Made by a program: the position numbers and the translations under genes. From positions 194,432,001-194,496,000 of the forward strand of contig OZ024743.1 in assembly GCA_964016885.1 (NCBI GenBank): a DNA stretch of 64,000 nt. The letters run 5' to 3'. Each line of letters begins with the position of its first letter. The first letter of the stretch is position 1. The notes below the pieces were generated by a model. The model searched no databases. It had not been told where the DNA came from and worked only from the letters and a program-made list of their open reading frames with translations. The stretch comes from Eledone cirrhosa. Its lineage: Eukaryota. Below are positions 45,866 to 61,952 of this stretch, one piece after another.

Positions 45866-48800
45866 ACCCGTCCCTACCACTACTATCACCACCCTACAAG
45901 TTGTGGACATGTCCCTACCACTACTATCACCAACTTAATATGTTGTAAACCCGTCCCTATCACTACTATCACCACCCTATAATGTGGTGGAACTGTCCCT
46001 ACCACTACTATCACCACCCTACTATGTTGTGGACATGTCCCTACCACTACTATCACCACCCTACTATGTGGTAAACCCGTCCCTACCACTACTATCACCA
46101 CCCTACTATGTTGTGGACCTGTCCCTACCACTACTATCACCACCCTACTATGTTGTGGACCCGTCCCTACCACTACTATCACCACCCTACTATGTTGTGG
46201 ACCTGTCCCTACCACTACTATCACCACCCTACTATGTTGTGGACCTGTCCCTACCACTACTATCACCACCCTACTATGTTGTGCACCTGTTCCTACCACT
46301 ACTATCACCACCCTCCTATGTTGTGGGCCTGTCCCTAACACTACTATCACCACCCTACTATGTTGCTGACCTGTCCCTACCACTACTATCACCACCCTAC
46401 TATGTTGTGGACCTGTCCCTACCACTACTATTCATCACCCTACTATGTTGTGGACATTTCCCTATCACTACTATCACCACATTACTATGTTGTTTGTCTA
46501 TCCCTACCACTACTATCACCAATCTACTATGTTGTGGACCTGTCCCTACCACTACTATCACCGCCGTACTATGTTGTTGGTCTATCCCTACCACTACTAT
46601 CACCACCCAACTATGTTGTGGACCTGTCCCTACCACTACTATTCACCACCCTACTATGTTGTGGACATTTCCCTATCACTACTATCGCCACCTTACTATG
46701 TTGTTTGTCTATCCCTACCACTACTATCACCACCCTATAATGTGGTGGACCTGTCCCTACCACTACTATCACCACCCTACTATGTTGTGGACATGTCCCT
46801 ACCACTACTATCACCACCCTACTATGTGGTAAACCCGTCCCTACCACTACTATCACCACCCTACTATGTTGTGGACCTGTCCCTACCACTACTATCACCA
46901 CCCTACTATGTTGTGGACCCGTCCCTACCACTACTATCACCACCCTACTATGTTGTGGACCTGTCCCTACCACTACTATCACCGGCGTACTATGTTGTTG
47001 GTCTATCCCTACCACTACTATCACCAACCTACTATGTTGTGGACCTGTCCCTACCACTACTATCACCGGCGTACTATGTTGTTGGTCTATCCCTACCACT
47101 ACTATCACCAACCAACTATGTTGTGGACCTGTCCCTACCACTACTATCACCACTCTACTATGTTGTGGACCTGTCCCTACCACTACTATTCACCACCCTA
47201 CTATGTTGTGGAACTGTCCTTATCACTACTATCACCACCTTACTATGTTGTGGACCTGTCCCTACCACTACTATCACCACCCTACTATGTTGTGGACCTG
47301 TCCCTATCACTGCTATCACCAGCCTACTATGTTGTAGACCTATCCCTACCACTACTATCACCACCCTACTATGTTGTGGACCTGTCCCAAACACTACTAT
47401 CACCGACCTACTATGTTTATGGACCTGTCCCTACCACTACTATCACCAACCTACTATGTTGTGGAACTGTCCCTACCACTACTATCACCACCTTAGTTTG
47501 TTGTGGACCTGTCCCTACCACTACTATCGCCACCTTACTATGTTGTGAACTTGTCCCTATCAATACTATCACCACCCTACTATGTGGTAGACCTATCTCT
47601 ACCAGTACTATCACCACCATACTATGTTGTGGACCTGTCCCTACCACTACTATCACCACCTTACTATATTGTTGGTCTATCCTTACCACTATTATCACCA
47701 CCCTACTATATTGTGGTCCTGACCCTACCAATACTATCACCACCCTACTATGTTGTGGACCTGTCCCTACCACTACTATCAGCACCCTACTATGTTGTGG
47801 ACCTGTCCCTACCACTACTATCACCACCCTACTATGTTGTGGACCTGTCCCTATACCCAACACACTCACCATCTTACTATGTTGTGGAGCTGTCCCTATC
47901 ACTACTATCACCACCCTCCTATGTTATGGACCTGTTCCTACCACTACTATCACCACCCAACTATGTTGTGGAACTATCCTTCCACTACTAGCACCACCTT
48001 ACTATGTCGTGGATCTATCCCTATCACTAACCTCACCACCCTACTGTGTTGTGGACCTGTCCCTACCACTACTATCACCATCCTACTATGTTGTGGACCT
48101 GTCCCTACCACTACTATCACCACCCTACTATGTTGGGGACCTGTCCCTATCACTGCTATCACCACCCTACTATGTGGTTGACCTATCTCTACCCGTACTA
48201 TCACCAACCTACTATGTTGTGGACCTGTCACGACAACTACTATCACCCCCTTACTTTGTTGTGGACCTGTCCCTACCACTACTATCACCATCTTACTTTG
48301 TTGTGGACCTGTCCCTACCACTACTATCACCACCTTACTATGTTGTGAACTTGTCCCTATCAATACTATCACCACCCTACTATGTTGTAGACCTATCTCT
48401 ACCAGTACTATCACCAAACTACTATGTTGTGGACCTGTCCCTACCACTACTATCACCACCTTACTATATTGTTGGTCTATCCTTACCACTATTATCACCA
48501 CCCTACTATATTGTGGACCTGACCCTACCAATACTATCACCACCCTACTATGTTGTGGACCTGTCCCTACCGCTACCATCAGCACCCTACTATGTTGTGA
48601 ACCTATCCCTACCACTACTATCACCACCCTACTATGTTGTGGACCTATCCCTATCCCTACCACTACTATCACCAACCTTCTATGTAGTCGACCTTTCCAT
48701 ATCACTACTATCATCACCCTACTATGTTGTGCGTCTATCTCTACCACTACCGTCCCCACCCTACTATGTTGTGGACCTGTCATTACCACTACTATCACCA

Positions 48801-51800
48801 CCCTACTATGTTGTGGACCTGTCCCTATCACTACTATCATCACCCTATTGTGTTGTGCGTCTATCCCTACCACTACTATCACCACCCTACTATGTTGTGG
48901 ATCTGTCCCTATCCCAAACACAATCACCACCCTACTATGTTGTGGACCTGTCTCTAGCACTACTATTACCACCCTACTATGTTCTGGTGCTGTGCCTACC
49001 ACTACTATCACCACCATACTATGTTGAGGACCTGTCCCTATCACTTCTATCACTTCCTTTCTATGTTGTGGACCTGTCCCTACCACTACTATCAGCACCC
49101 TACTATGTGGTGGACCTGTCACTACCACTACTATAACTACCCTACTATGTTGTGGACCTGTCCCTACCACTACTATCATCACCCTACTATGTTGTGCGTC
49201 TATCCCTACCACTACTATCACAGCCCTACTATGTTGTGCGCCTATCAACCACTACTATCACCACCATACTATGTTGTGGACCTTTCCCTATCACTACTCT
49301 CATCACCCTACTATGTTGTGCGTCTATCCCTACCACTACTATCCCCGCCCTACTATGTTGTGGACCTGTCCCTACCCCTACTATCACCAACCTACTATGT
49401 TGTGGACCTGTCCCTACCACTACTATCACCACCCTACTATGTTGTGCGTCTATCTCTACCACTACCGTCCCCTCCCTACTATGTTGTGGACCTGTCATTA
49501 CCACTACTATCACCACCCTACTATGTTGTTGACCTGTCCCTATCACTACTATCATCACCCTATTGTGTTGTGCGTCTATCCCTACCACTACTATCACCAC
49601 CCTACTATGTTGTGGATCTGTCCCTATCCCAAACACAATCACCACCCTACTATGTTGTGGACCTGTCTCTAGCACTACTATCACCACCCTACTATGTTCT
49701 GATGCTGTGCCTACCACTACTATCACCACCATACTATGTTGAGGACCTGTCCCTATCACTTCTATCACTTCCTTTCTATGTTGTGGACCTGTCCCTACCA
49801 CTACTATCAGCACCCTACTATGTGGTGGACCTGTCCCTACCACTACTATCATCACCCTACTATGTTGTGCGTCTATCCCTACCACTACTATCACAGCCCT
49901 ACTATGTTGTGCGCCTATCAACCACTACTATCACCACCATACTATGTTGTGGACCTGTCCCTACCACTACTATCACCACCTTACTATAGTGTTGGTCTAT
50001 CCTTACCACTATTATCACCACCCTACTATATTGTGGACCTGACCCTACCAGTACTATCACCAACCTTCTATGTTGTGAACCTATCCCTACCACTACTATC
50101 ACCAACCTACTATGTAGTCGACCTTTCCCTATCACTACTATCATCACCCTACTATGTTGTGCGTCTATCTCTACCACTACCGTCCCCACCCTACTATGTT
50201 GTGGACCTGTCATTACCACTACTATCACCACCCTACTATGTTGTGGACCTGTCCCTATCACTACTATCATCACCCTATTATGTTGTGCGTCTATCCCTAC
50301 CACTACTATCACCACCCTACTATGTTGTGGACCTGTCCCTATCACTACTATCACCACCCTACTATGTTGTAGACCTATCCCTACCACTACTATCACCACC
50401 CTACTATGTTGTGGACCTGTCCCAAACACTACTATCACCAACCTACTATGTTGTGGACCTGTCCCTACCACTACTATCACCACCCTACTATGTGGTAGAC
50501 CTATCTCTACCCGTACTATCACCAACCTACTATGTTGTGGACCTGTCCCTACCACTACTATCACCACCTTAGTTTGTTGTGGACCTGTCCCTACCACTAC
50601 TATCACCACCTTACTATGTTGTGAACTTGTCCCTATCAATACTATCACCACCCTACTATGGTGTAGACCTATCTCTACCAGTACTATCACCAACCTACTA
50701 TGTTGTGGACCTGTCCCTACCACTACTATCACCACCTTACTATATTGTTGGTCTATCCTTACCACTATTATCACCACCCTACTATGTTGTGGTCCTGACC
50801 CTACCAATACTATCACCACCCTACTATGTTGTGGCCCCGTCCCTATCACTACTATCAGGACCCTACTATATTGTGGACCTGTCCCTACCACAACTATCAC
50901 CACCCAACTATGTTGTGGAACTATCCTTCCACTACTAGCACCAGCTTACTATGTCGTGGATCTATCCCTATCACTAGCCTCACCACCCTACTGTGTTGTG
51001 GACCTGTCTTTACCACAACTATCACCATCCTACTATGTTGTGGACCTGTCCCTACAACTACTATCACCACCCTACTATGTTTTGGACCTGTCCCTACCAC
51101 TAATATTGACCACGCTACTATGTAGTGGACCTCTCCCCACCACTACTATCACCACCCTACTATGTTGTGGACCTGTCCCTATCACTGCTATCACCACCCT
51201 ACTATGTGGTTGACCTATCTCTACCCGTACTATCACCAACCTACTATGTTGTGGACCTGTCACGACAACTACTATCACCACCCTACTATGTTACGGACCT
51301 GTTCCTACCACTAGTATCACAGCCCTACTATGTTGTGGATCTATCCTTACCACTACTAGCAAAACCCTACTATGTCGAGGATCTATCCCTATCACTAGCC
51401 TCACCACCCTACTATGTTGTGGACCTGTCCCTATCACTGCTATCACCACCCTACTATGTTGTAGACTTATCTCTACCACTACTATCACCACCCTACTATA
51501 TTGTGGACCTGCACCAAACACAACTATCACCACCTTACTTTGTTGTGGACCTGTCCCTACCACTACTTTCACCACCTTACTATGTTGTGAACCTGTCCCT
51601 ATCAATACTATCACCACCTTACTATGTTGTTGGTCTATCCCTACAACTACTATCACCACCCTACTATGTTGTAGACCTGTCCCTACAACTACTATTACCA
51701 CCCTACTATGTTTTGGACCTGTCCCTACCACTAATATTGACCACGCTACTATGTAGTGGACCTCTCCCCACCACTACTATCACCACCCTACTATGTTGTG

Positions 51801-54755
51801 GACCTGTCCCTTTCACTGCTATCACCACCCTACTATGTGGTTGACCTATCTCTACCCGTACTATCACCAACCTACTATGTTGTCGACCTGTCACGACAAC
51901 TACTATCACCACACCACCATGTTGTGGACCTGTCCCCACCACTACTATCACCACCCTACTATTTGTCGCAATGTCCATACCACTACTATCACCACCCTAC
52001 TATGTTGTGGACCTGTCCCTACCACTACTATCACCACCCTACTATGTTGTGGACCTGTCCCTACCTCTACTATCACCACCCTACTATGTTGTGTGTCTAT
52101 GCCTACCACTACTATCACCACCCAACTATGTTGTGGACATGTCCCTACCACTACTATCACAACCCTACTATGTTGTGGACCTGTCCCTACCACTACTATC
52201 ACCACCCTACTATGTTGTGGATCTGTCCCTACCACTACTATCACCACCCAACTATGTTGTGGAACTATCCTTCCACTACTAGCACCACCTTACTATGTCG
52301 TGGATCTATCCCTATCACTAGCCTCGCCACCCTACTATGTTGTGAACCTGTCCCTACCACTACTATCACCATCCTACTATGTTGTGGACCTGTCCCTACC
52401 ACTACTATCACCACCCTACTATGTTGTGGACCTGTCTCTAGCACTACTATCACCACCCTATAATGTTGTGGACCTGTCCCTACCACTTCTATCACCAACC
52501 TACTATGTTGTGGACCTGTCCCTACCACTACTATCACCACCCTACTATGTTGTGGACCTGTCCCTACCACTACTATCACCAACCTACTATGTTGTGGACC
52601 TGTCCCTACCACTACTATCACCACCCTACTATGTTGTGGACCTGTCCCTAGCACTTCTATCACCAACCTACTATGTTGTGGACCTGTCCCTACTACTACT
52701 ATTCACCACCCTACTATGTAGTGGACCTCTCCCTACTACTACTATCACCCCCCTACTAAGTTGTTGAATTGTCCCTATCACTACTATCACCACCCTACTA
52801 TGTTGTGGACCTGTCACAAAAACTACTATCACCACATCACTATGTTGTGGACCTTTTCCGTACCACTACTATCACCACCCTACTATTTGTCGCAATGTTC
52901 ATACCACTACTATCACCACCCTACTATGTTGTGGATCTGTCCCTACCACTACTATCACCACCCTACAATGTTGTGGACCTGTCCCTACCACTACTATAAC
53001 TACCCCACTATGTCGTGGACCTTTCCCTATCACGACTATCATCACGCTACTATGTTGTGCGTCTATCCCTACCACTACTGTCCCCACCCTACTATGTTGT
53101 GGACCTGTCCCTACCCCTACTATCACCACCCTACTATGTTGTGGACCTGTCCCTACCACTTCTATCACCAACCTACTATGTTGTGGACCTGTCCCTACCA
53201 CTACTATCACCACCCTACTATGTTGTGGACCTGTCCCTACCACTACTATCACCAACCTACTATGTTGTGGACCTGTCCCTACCACTACTATCACCACCCT
53301 ACTATGTTGTGGACCTGTCCCTAGCACTTCTATCACCAACCTACTATGTTGTGAACCTGTCCCTACCACTACTATTCACCACACTACTATGTAGTGGACC
53401 TCTCCCTACTACTACTATCACCACCCTACTAAGTTGTTGACTTGTCCCTATCACTACTATCACCAGCCTACTATGTTGTGGACCTGTACCTACCACTACT
53501 ATCACCACCCTACTATTTGTCGCATTGTCCCTATCACTAGTATCACCACCTCACTATGTTGTGGACCTGTCACTACCACTACTATCACCACACTACTATT
53601 TTGTTGACCTGTCCCTACCACTACTATTCACCACCCTACTATGTAGTGGACCTTTCACTATCACTACTATCACTACCCTACTATGCTGTGGAACTGTCCC
53701 TTCCACTACTATCACCAACTTACTTTGTTGTGGACCTGTCTCTACCACTACTATCACCACCCCACTATGTTGTGGACCTGTCCCTACAACTACTATCACC
53801 ACCCTACTCTGTGATAGACCAGTCCCTACCACTACTATCTCCACCCTATTCTCTTGTGGATCTATCTCAATCACTACTATCACCATCCTACTCTGTTGTG
53901 GACCTGTCACGACAACTACTATCACCACCTCACTATGTTGTGGACCTGTCCCTACCACTACTATCACCACCCTACTATGTTGTGGACCTGTCCCTACCAC
54001 TACTATCACCACCCCACTATGTTGTGGACCTGTCTCTACCATTACTATCACCACCCTACTATGTTGAGGACCTGTCCCTATCACTACTAACACCAACGTA
54101 CTATGTTGTGGACCTGTCCCCACCACTACTGTCACCACCCTACTATTTTGTGGACCTTTCCCCACCACTACTATCATCACCCTACTATGTTGTGCGTCTA
54201 TCCCTACCACTACTATCATCACCCTACTATGTTGGGGACCTGTCCCTACCACTACTATCACAACACTAATATTTTGTGGGTCTACCCTATCACTACTCTC
54301 ACCACCCTACTATGTTGTGGACCTGTCACTACCAGTACTATAACCACCCTACTGTGTTGTGGACCTGTCCGTATCACTACTATCACCACCCTACTATGTT
54401 GTGGATCTGTCCCTACAACTACTAATAACACACTACTATGTTGTGGACCTGTCCCTATCCCAAACTCTATCACCACCCTACTATGTTGTGAGACTCTCCC
54501 TACCACTACTATCACCACCCTACTATGTTGTGGATCTATCCCCAACACTACTATCACCACCTTAGTATGTTGTGAACCTGTCCCTACCACTACTATTACC
54601 ACCCTACTATGTTGTGGACCCTTCCCTATCTCAAACTCTCTCACTGTCCCTACCACTTCTGTCACCACCCTACTCTGTTGTGGATCTATCCCGATCACTA
54701 CTATCTCCATCCTACTCTGTTGTGGATCTATCCCGACCGCTACTATCTCCCGCTA
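45625..54755 (+). repeat. 42-bp minisatellite array (~215 units)
   Basis: Consensus CTACTATGTTGTGGACCTGTCCCTACCACTACTATCACCACC, with diverged units and 1-bp indels. Confidence 0.97.
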
Positions 54756-55688
54756 CTATGGTATATACTTCCTTATATGGCACAAGCATATCTGGTAACA
54801 CTACCATAACTGCCACTACCACCATTGCCGCCAACTACCATAACAATTGCTACCCACCCACATCACCAGTGAAATCCAATGCCCCAATCGTCACCATTAG
54901 CAGGACTAACATCACCATCGTCAGCAACAGCAGCAGTACCTCACCAGCCCCAGCAGCTCAGCCACTACTGCATTCATTACCACCACACCACTACCACCGC
55001 CGGCATTGCCATCACCACCACCACTGCCACATCCATCACGCCCCACCAGCACCACCCCCAACACCACCACTACCAGCACCACAACCAGCACAACCACCAC
55101 CATTATTTTCTTCACTGGCACCCCGAATCGTCACCATTTCCCATCTACTACCATCAAATACCACCACCAGCTAAGTAGCCATTTCGAGTTTTAGAAGCTG
55201 AAATCACATATTTTCCCATTAACAATTCAACTTGAAGGTTTTCAATTTTCTTATATTTATTGGGTGTTTTTTTATTATATTATTATATTCTGCTGTAAAA
55301 GGAGAAAAACATGAAACATTCGTTTATGATTATAGCAGCTTTTTAAAGGAAATTGCATTAAGGTTTTGACATGCTGAATTTGAAGGAGATTTCTATTATC
55401 TTGCATATATTCTCATTAGAATGTATTAAGCTACACATGAAAATAACCATTAACTTTCCCAAAGGGCAGTTGATTAGACAGAAAAATAACAGACTGTGTG
55501 AGTGTAAAATAGTAAAAAGGGAAAAGAAAAATGGCTGAAGCGAGTAAAATTACTGTCCATCTTATTGCACGTATATAGGTATATGCGATGGTCTATGTTT
55601 CTTTTTTACGAGGTGTAAATGTATGTGTTTGTGTGTGAAAGAGACACAGAGAATATGAGAGAAGCAGATAGATAAAAAAGGGAGATAG

Positions 55689-55740
<52 letters not shown>

Positions 55741-55876
55741 GTGTGTATGTATATATATGTATGTGTGTATGTGCATGTATATATATATATATATATATAT
55801 ATATTTAAATGAAAGTATAGAAATTATTGTGAGCGTGAAGCCAACAGTATATATATATATAAATATATATATATAA

Positions 55877-55909
<33 letters not shown>

Positions 55910-56667
55910 CGTAGATAGATAGAGATACGTAGATAGATAGATAGTGCAGGAGAAATAGAGAGAGGGGATATTTTTTGGGAAGAGTGTTAACAAACTATCT
56001 CAACACTTGCCGCCAAACTTTCAACGTTTTTCAGTTGTTGATGTCACATATTCATACAACAGGTCGTTGTATATTCAAACGAGATATGTATATGAAAGCG
56101 CAATATCTGCATACAGCAGTTAGGTAATGATTAAAAAAAATCTGTTGTGACACTGTTCTTAAACAATGATATTTACATCATATCGATTGTTTACGGCGAT
56201 CGATTGTTTACGGCAGTAGCTAGAACATCAGAAAGAATACTTTGCAGTGTTCGTTTGGCACTCAGCGTTTTGAGATCAAACTCGCCAGAGACCAGTACTA
56301 TTGTCGATTTTTTTCTCTCTCTCCCACTCCACTCCAATCTAACTACATCTCCACCACACTGCTACCCTCTCTCCTTTTCTGAAAAAATTGTTTATCTTCA
56401 GACATGGGAAAGAGATGGGCTCAGCTACTCGTATGTGTAAAAGGTTCCAGACCCACATATGTCCCTACGGGGCCTCAGCGATTCTGTTATGGGTCTATTC
56501 ATACAAATATCAATTTCTTACATGAAATGTATGAGAAATGTGCGCATGATTTTAATGGTGCGATTTGAGTTCAGAACTCCTAAAGTCGGCACGAATACGG
56601 CACAACATTCTATCCGATACATTAACTAATCTGATGATTCATCCCCCACCCCCGACACACATACATC

Positions 56668-56700
<33 letters not shown>

Positions 56701-56817
56701 GTATATATATATGTGTATATATATCTGATTATATAAATTATATATATATAAACATCTATACACACATACAAATGCATATATACGCCCATACACACATACA
56801 TAGAAACAAGTATATAG

Positions 56818-56933
<116 letters not shown>

Positions 56934-57471
56934 CATACATCATATTGTTCAATCAGCATATTGTGCTACCAATAATACTGTAATTACGCTATGTATATAA
57001 ATGCGCGATAAAATAAAATAAAATGAATCACATCAGGCAAGTATATTCCGAGTCTAATGATCAATGCTTCACACATTTCTGTATAAAATGCTGTTTATAG
57101 AACTATGTAATTGGTAGAGTGTCATCTAAGATGTATTGATGTGTGCAGTTACCTCACTTTACATTCCGAATTCAAATACAGTCGAAGTCGAATTTGATTT
57201 ACATCCTTCAGGCACTTAATTTTCTGGTACCTATGTTATCAATCTCACTCTTTTCAAGCCACTGACAGCTGTAAATTTAAACATTCATACTGAGGTACAT
57301 ACACACGCACACACATACATACACATATACACTTACTCACATAGTAAGTTTGGACCATTTTAAACCTGGTTGAGCCTATATTTTTTCTACGGGATGGACT
57401 CTATTGGGTTTATATGTCCACAAATGTCACGCCGTATGTCATTCAATCAGGAGTTAAAGACACACACAAAA

Positions 57472-57472
<1 letters not shown>

Positions 57473-57502
<30 letters not shown>

Positions 57503-57895
57503 CTTCGCCCACTTATTCCTGAGAAAGTCGTGGGTGGGGGCAGCATCCTCAAACACTTCTTCCCACGGGTCCTGTCAGAAGGAGCCATCTCCAAATGATC
57601 CGACTAGATCCTCAAACGGGACCAGCCAAGCTCATGGTTATTATCCAACCATCTTGCTCGGTGTGAACCCTTGGCTCTCCTTGACGGTTGGTTTTGCCCC
57701 TAAAATCTGTCCAGCGATTCTATCGGAGATGTGATCTCTCAATTCAGAGTAATGACTCTACCTGGAGTGAATCTCTGATCTGCGAGCTGCTCACTCTATC
57801 GAGTGACGTTACTCCAAAGACCATTCGGAAGAACACCATTTCGGTCGCTTGTATCCGCGATCGTACTCTTTCGTTCATTACTCAAGATTCATCAC
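57473..57895 (-). mobile_element. 3' fragment of an RTE-clade LINE with a (GAA)n tail
   Basis: Minus strand reads RIQATEMVFFRMVFGVTSLDRVSSSQIRDSLQVE (RTE-type RT C-terminus). (TTC)n at 57473-57506. Confidence 0.75.
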
Positions 57896-58819
57896 CTGTA
57901 TTATTAAAATCACCAATCCCTCACTGTGGAACATCTGTCATATCCTGTTTCACTGAAATTCCTTTTAAGAATGAAACCAAATTCATAGTTTGATATTATA
58001 TATTTTTATTCCCCCATTTCTAGGACTCTTTAGAATCCCTCCTTACTCTCTATTTCTTTTTCTCGTTCACTCAGTCTCTTTTCCTATATGGAAGCAATTG
58101 TACTCAGGCATGTAAACGGATGGGGTCGCCAGGTTTGACATGCCAAAAGCAATCACCGTACCATGACAGCTTCCTTACAGCTTCATCAGGAGATCAGGAC
58201 TCATTGATATACTACAACATTATATTTTAGGAGCTATTTCATATGAAAAATCTTTTGATAACAAAAATTCTGTGCAGAACAATGAAAGCTTCAGAAAAGA
58301 AAACTGTGTGAAATGTGGTTATTAATAGGCATTCAATTTTCACTAGCAATGGGTTAAATTAATCTGACTCATCCAAATTTTATTTACATTTAATTTCCTT
58401 CAAATCACATTTCTGTATAGCTAATTATAATTTGAGGTCAGAAGATTCAATTGTTGTTTCATGATTTCATTAAAATGCGTTTTCATCTATTCCAGATGGT
58501 ATAAGGATTTAAATATTTGCTTATCATTAACTTTCAAAACACGAATTATTTCCACATATACACTCACACCATTATATGTATATTGGATTTATATTCGCTA
58601 AAGGTAAATACATTTCTCTATAAGTAAACACATTTGTTTATTGCAAATAATATTTTAAAGAAATAATGATTTCTAACATAAGCACACAAATTATAGAAAA
58701 TGGAAAACATAGTCAATGAAATTGAACAAATTATTTGATTGGAGCTTGTTTTGTGACCATCAGTTCATACACACATTATATGCAGGAAATATATTCATAA
58801 TCCCTCAAGAAACATAAAT

Positions 58820-59485
58820 AACCTTTAACTAAACACTACAAGTGACATATAGTTAACTCCAGATTAAATAATACAGGTGACATACAACTTCAGATTAAAC
58901 TCTACAAAATAAACAGCATTTATTTTATCACAGATTAAACACTAAAAGTTACATAGAATTAACCACCACATTACACCCTACAAAAACAAGCATGACACTC
59001 CAGATTAAACACAAAAAAGACCCCTATCAATCACTACAGGTGACATACTGTTAACCCCAAATACATACTACATTAATATAATGATAATCATAGACTAAAC
59101 ACAAAACACATACAATTACCTCCAGATTAAACGCTACAAGAACTAAACACTAAATGTGCCGCTTAGTTAACCCCTAACTAATCACTATTAGCGGCATACA
59201 ATTCACCCTAGATTGAATACTTCAACAGCATAGAATTTACCCTCGATTTAACACAACAAAAGGCATACAGTCTCTGATTAAACATTAAAGGAAACAAAAA
59301 ATTTACCACGGACTAAAAAGTACAAAAACATACAATTAATCCCGGATTAAACACCACAGAAGGCAAACAATTAGCCCCCAACTAAATGCTACAAAATATA
59401 TACAGTTAACTGAAGACTAAACACTACAAGTGGCATAAAGTTAACCCCGACTAACAATTATAAAAGTCGTACAATTACACCAACA
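58820..59485 (+). repeat. Degenerate ~35-40-bp tandem repeat
   Basis: Recurring GATTAAACACTACAAG..CATA(C/T)AGTTAAC(C/T)CC motif. More copies at ~60085-60145. Confidence 0.7.
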
Positions 59486-60050
59486 TAAAATAAAGCACCA
59501 GTAATGCAACTTTCTCCTCCCCGAAAAATTGTTGGCCTGCCCAAATCAGAAAACATTATAAGAGTTATACAAGTAAATTAATCAGAATTCACAGAATTCA
59601 CCTATTGATTGGTCCTTATTTATCGACTCCCAAAAGATAAAAGACAAAAATGACAGGGCGGGATTTGAACTTAGAATGCAGTGGACGGAACACATATCAG
59701 GGTATTTAACCCGATGCCCTAATGAAGTTGCCTGTTCACCACTAAAAAAGAGAATTAGTCGCCATCTAAATGATTTCAAGCGAGGCACACACAAATCTTT
59801 CTTACTAAACGCTACAAGACACACACACACACACACGCACACGCACACATACTACTTCCTCACTCACTCAAACATACACACGTTAACGCACAAGCGTACA
59901 CACAACGCAACATAGACAAGTAATATGTTACTAACAAGCTACAAGCAGGACAGCCACATAAGTAATCCCTATTGAATACTACAATAGAGACACACAAAGT
60001 AATTCCTCAAACCTCAGGAGAGAGAGAAAAGAAGAGGGAAGGAAAAGCAG

Positions 60051-60086
<36 letters not shown>

Positions 60087-61737
60087 ATCCGACTAAACAC
60101 TACAAAAGACGCCCAAAGTAATCCCAAAATAAACACTACAAGAGATATTACTGCTTACATTATCCTCTGTAGTAAAGTATAATTAATACGCCAAGTTAGT
60201 TCCTTTACATTATAACTATGGTGGCACATGCTTCTATTTTGATGCTCTAAGTAATTGATTCCAACATGTTTAATTGATTTTTCTTTTAAACTTTTGTATA
60301 AGCAATCTTTGTTCCTTAGAATCTCTATTCATTTCTTCCCAGTAAGGTGTATTATCAATATCATCAATTTCTGTTTCTTTGAAACTTTTCTCATTGATTT
60401 CATCGGAGGATATTATCAGTGCACGGAAGAATATAAGGTACCTTACGTTTATAAAGAGTGTTAACAAACAGCCATGCAGATACGCCTTGAAAGGAATTTC
60501 CCGTCTTTTGTGAATGAAAAATTAAAACCTCGAATCGAAATTTTAATAGGCTGCACCGCTCTTCTTCACATAGCAACATTGTAGTGGTAGAGAATATAAA
60601 TTTTTTTTTTTTTTTTGGTAAGGACACTTTACGCATTAGATGGTATTTGTTTATTGTTTAATTTTAAACACTTGCTCAATAGCCTCAACATCACATATAA
60701 TCAAGTATAACTGCTAAATAGCCAAGCAACCAATCGATTTTGAATCAGATGCTTTCTTAATTCATTTTTAATGTATGGAGTCGATTATAAGATGTACATC
60801 TGAAGGTCTTTTAATGCTTGCAGAGTTATTTTTAATGATCTTTCTATAGTTCTGTTCAGATAACATATGAATAGTAGTTGCAAAGGCTCGTGGCCTTTTC
60901 TATTCCTTTACTTGTATATTTGCCAAATAAGGCAATGGCATATTGGATCTCTTATACAATGTTAATTAAAACCAGTAGTTACACTGAACCACATTGACTT
61001 TACTACATGTTTAACACTTAAACATTTAAAAGAAATAAACAATCTCGATAGGAAAAACTGTTCTAATTGTACTATCTTTCATTTTAAAGGTAACTAATCC
61101 CACTTTGTACTCAGATATAGTGTATCTAGTAATATATTATGCAACATGTTCTTCAGGATGAAATGTAAAATTGAAAATGCTATATAAACCAGCCTTTATT
61201 TTTAGGCACGCGATCGGTTAAGAGAAGAAACTTAGTCAAACGTATCTAACTCGCTTTATTACTAAACCTTATTCAAAATGGAGTCTGGTGATACCCTCTG
61301 TAAGTCTTTGAGAAAGGCATTCAAATATTTCAGCCAATTCATCGTCCATACTGTTAAGTAAATAATATTGATTTCTTTTGCCTAGATACGCTGCTTCGTA
61401 TGGTAGAAGATATTTAGGGGCAGTCATGTCAATCTTAAATGTATTGATAATTGAAGCAACATTAAATTACTTTAAGTAGGGAACAGTGACTAAATTGTGG
61501 ACAGTTCTGCAGGGAGGTAACTAAACTCTTCAAAAATCCCAAGTAGTAATCTTTAAAAATATATATTCCCTTTGAATTCCTCTAAATTTATGTACTTAAG
61601 TAGAGGGAAAATACTAATCGTAAGTTTAGCCAAGAATACTCAAGTGAAGTATCTAAAAATGGGAATTAAGACCATGTGTTGATCTCGGTTCCACTTGACG
61701 CTTTTCTAATTGATTATGGTACATTAATAGCCTAATA

Positions 61738-61952
61738 ATGGTTTCTGATTTAAGCACAAGGCCAATAATTGTTTTGGGGGGAGGGGCAAGCCGATTGAGC
61801 TAACCCAAGTGCATTATTGGCGCTTTATTGTATATACCCCGTAAGGATGTAAGGCAAAGCTAACCTCGGCGGAATTTGAACTCAGAATGTAAAGGGACAT
61901 AACTATGCCGCGATGTATGGTGTCCGACACTCTACCAATATTGCCAATCTAA
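61738..61952 (-). mobile_element. tRNA-derived SINE
   Basis: GGCAAAGCTAACCTCGGCGGAATTTGAACTCAGAA...CTCTACCAATATTGCCAATC. Confidence 0.8.

Noticed and set aside
45625-54755. CRISPR-like regular array
   Set aside because: It has contiguous tandem units without unique spacers, no cas genes, and a eukaryotic context.
60170-61080. Possible ancient LINE RT remnant on the minus strand (also 6780-7550, plus)
   Set aside because: Only vague protein-like stretches with many stops; no diagnostic motif could be confirmed by eye.
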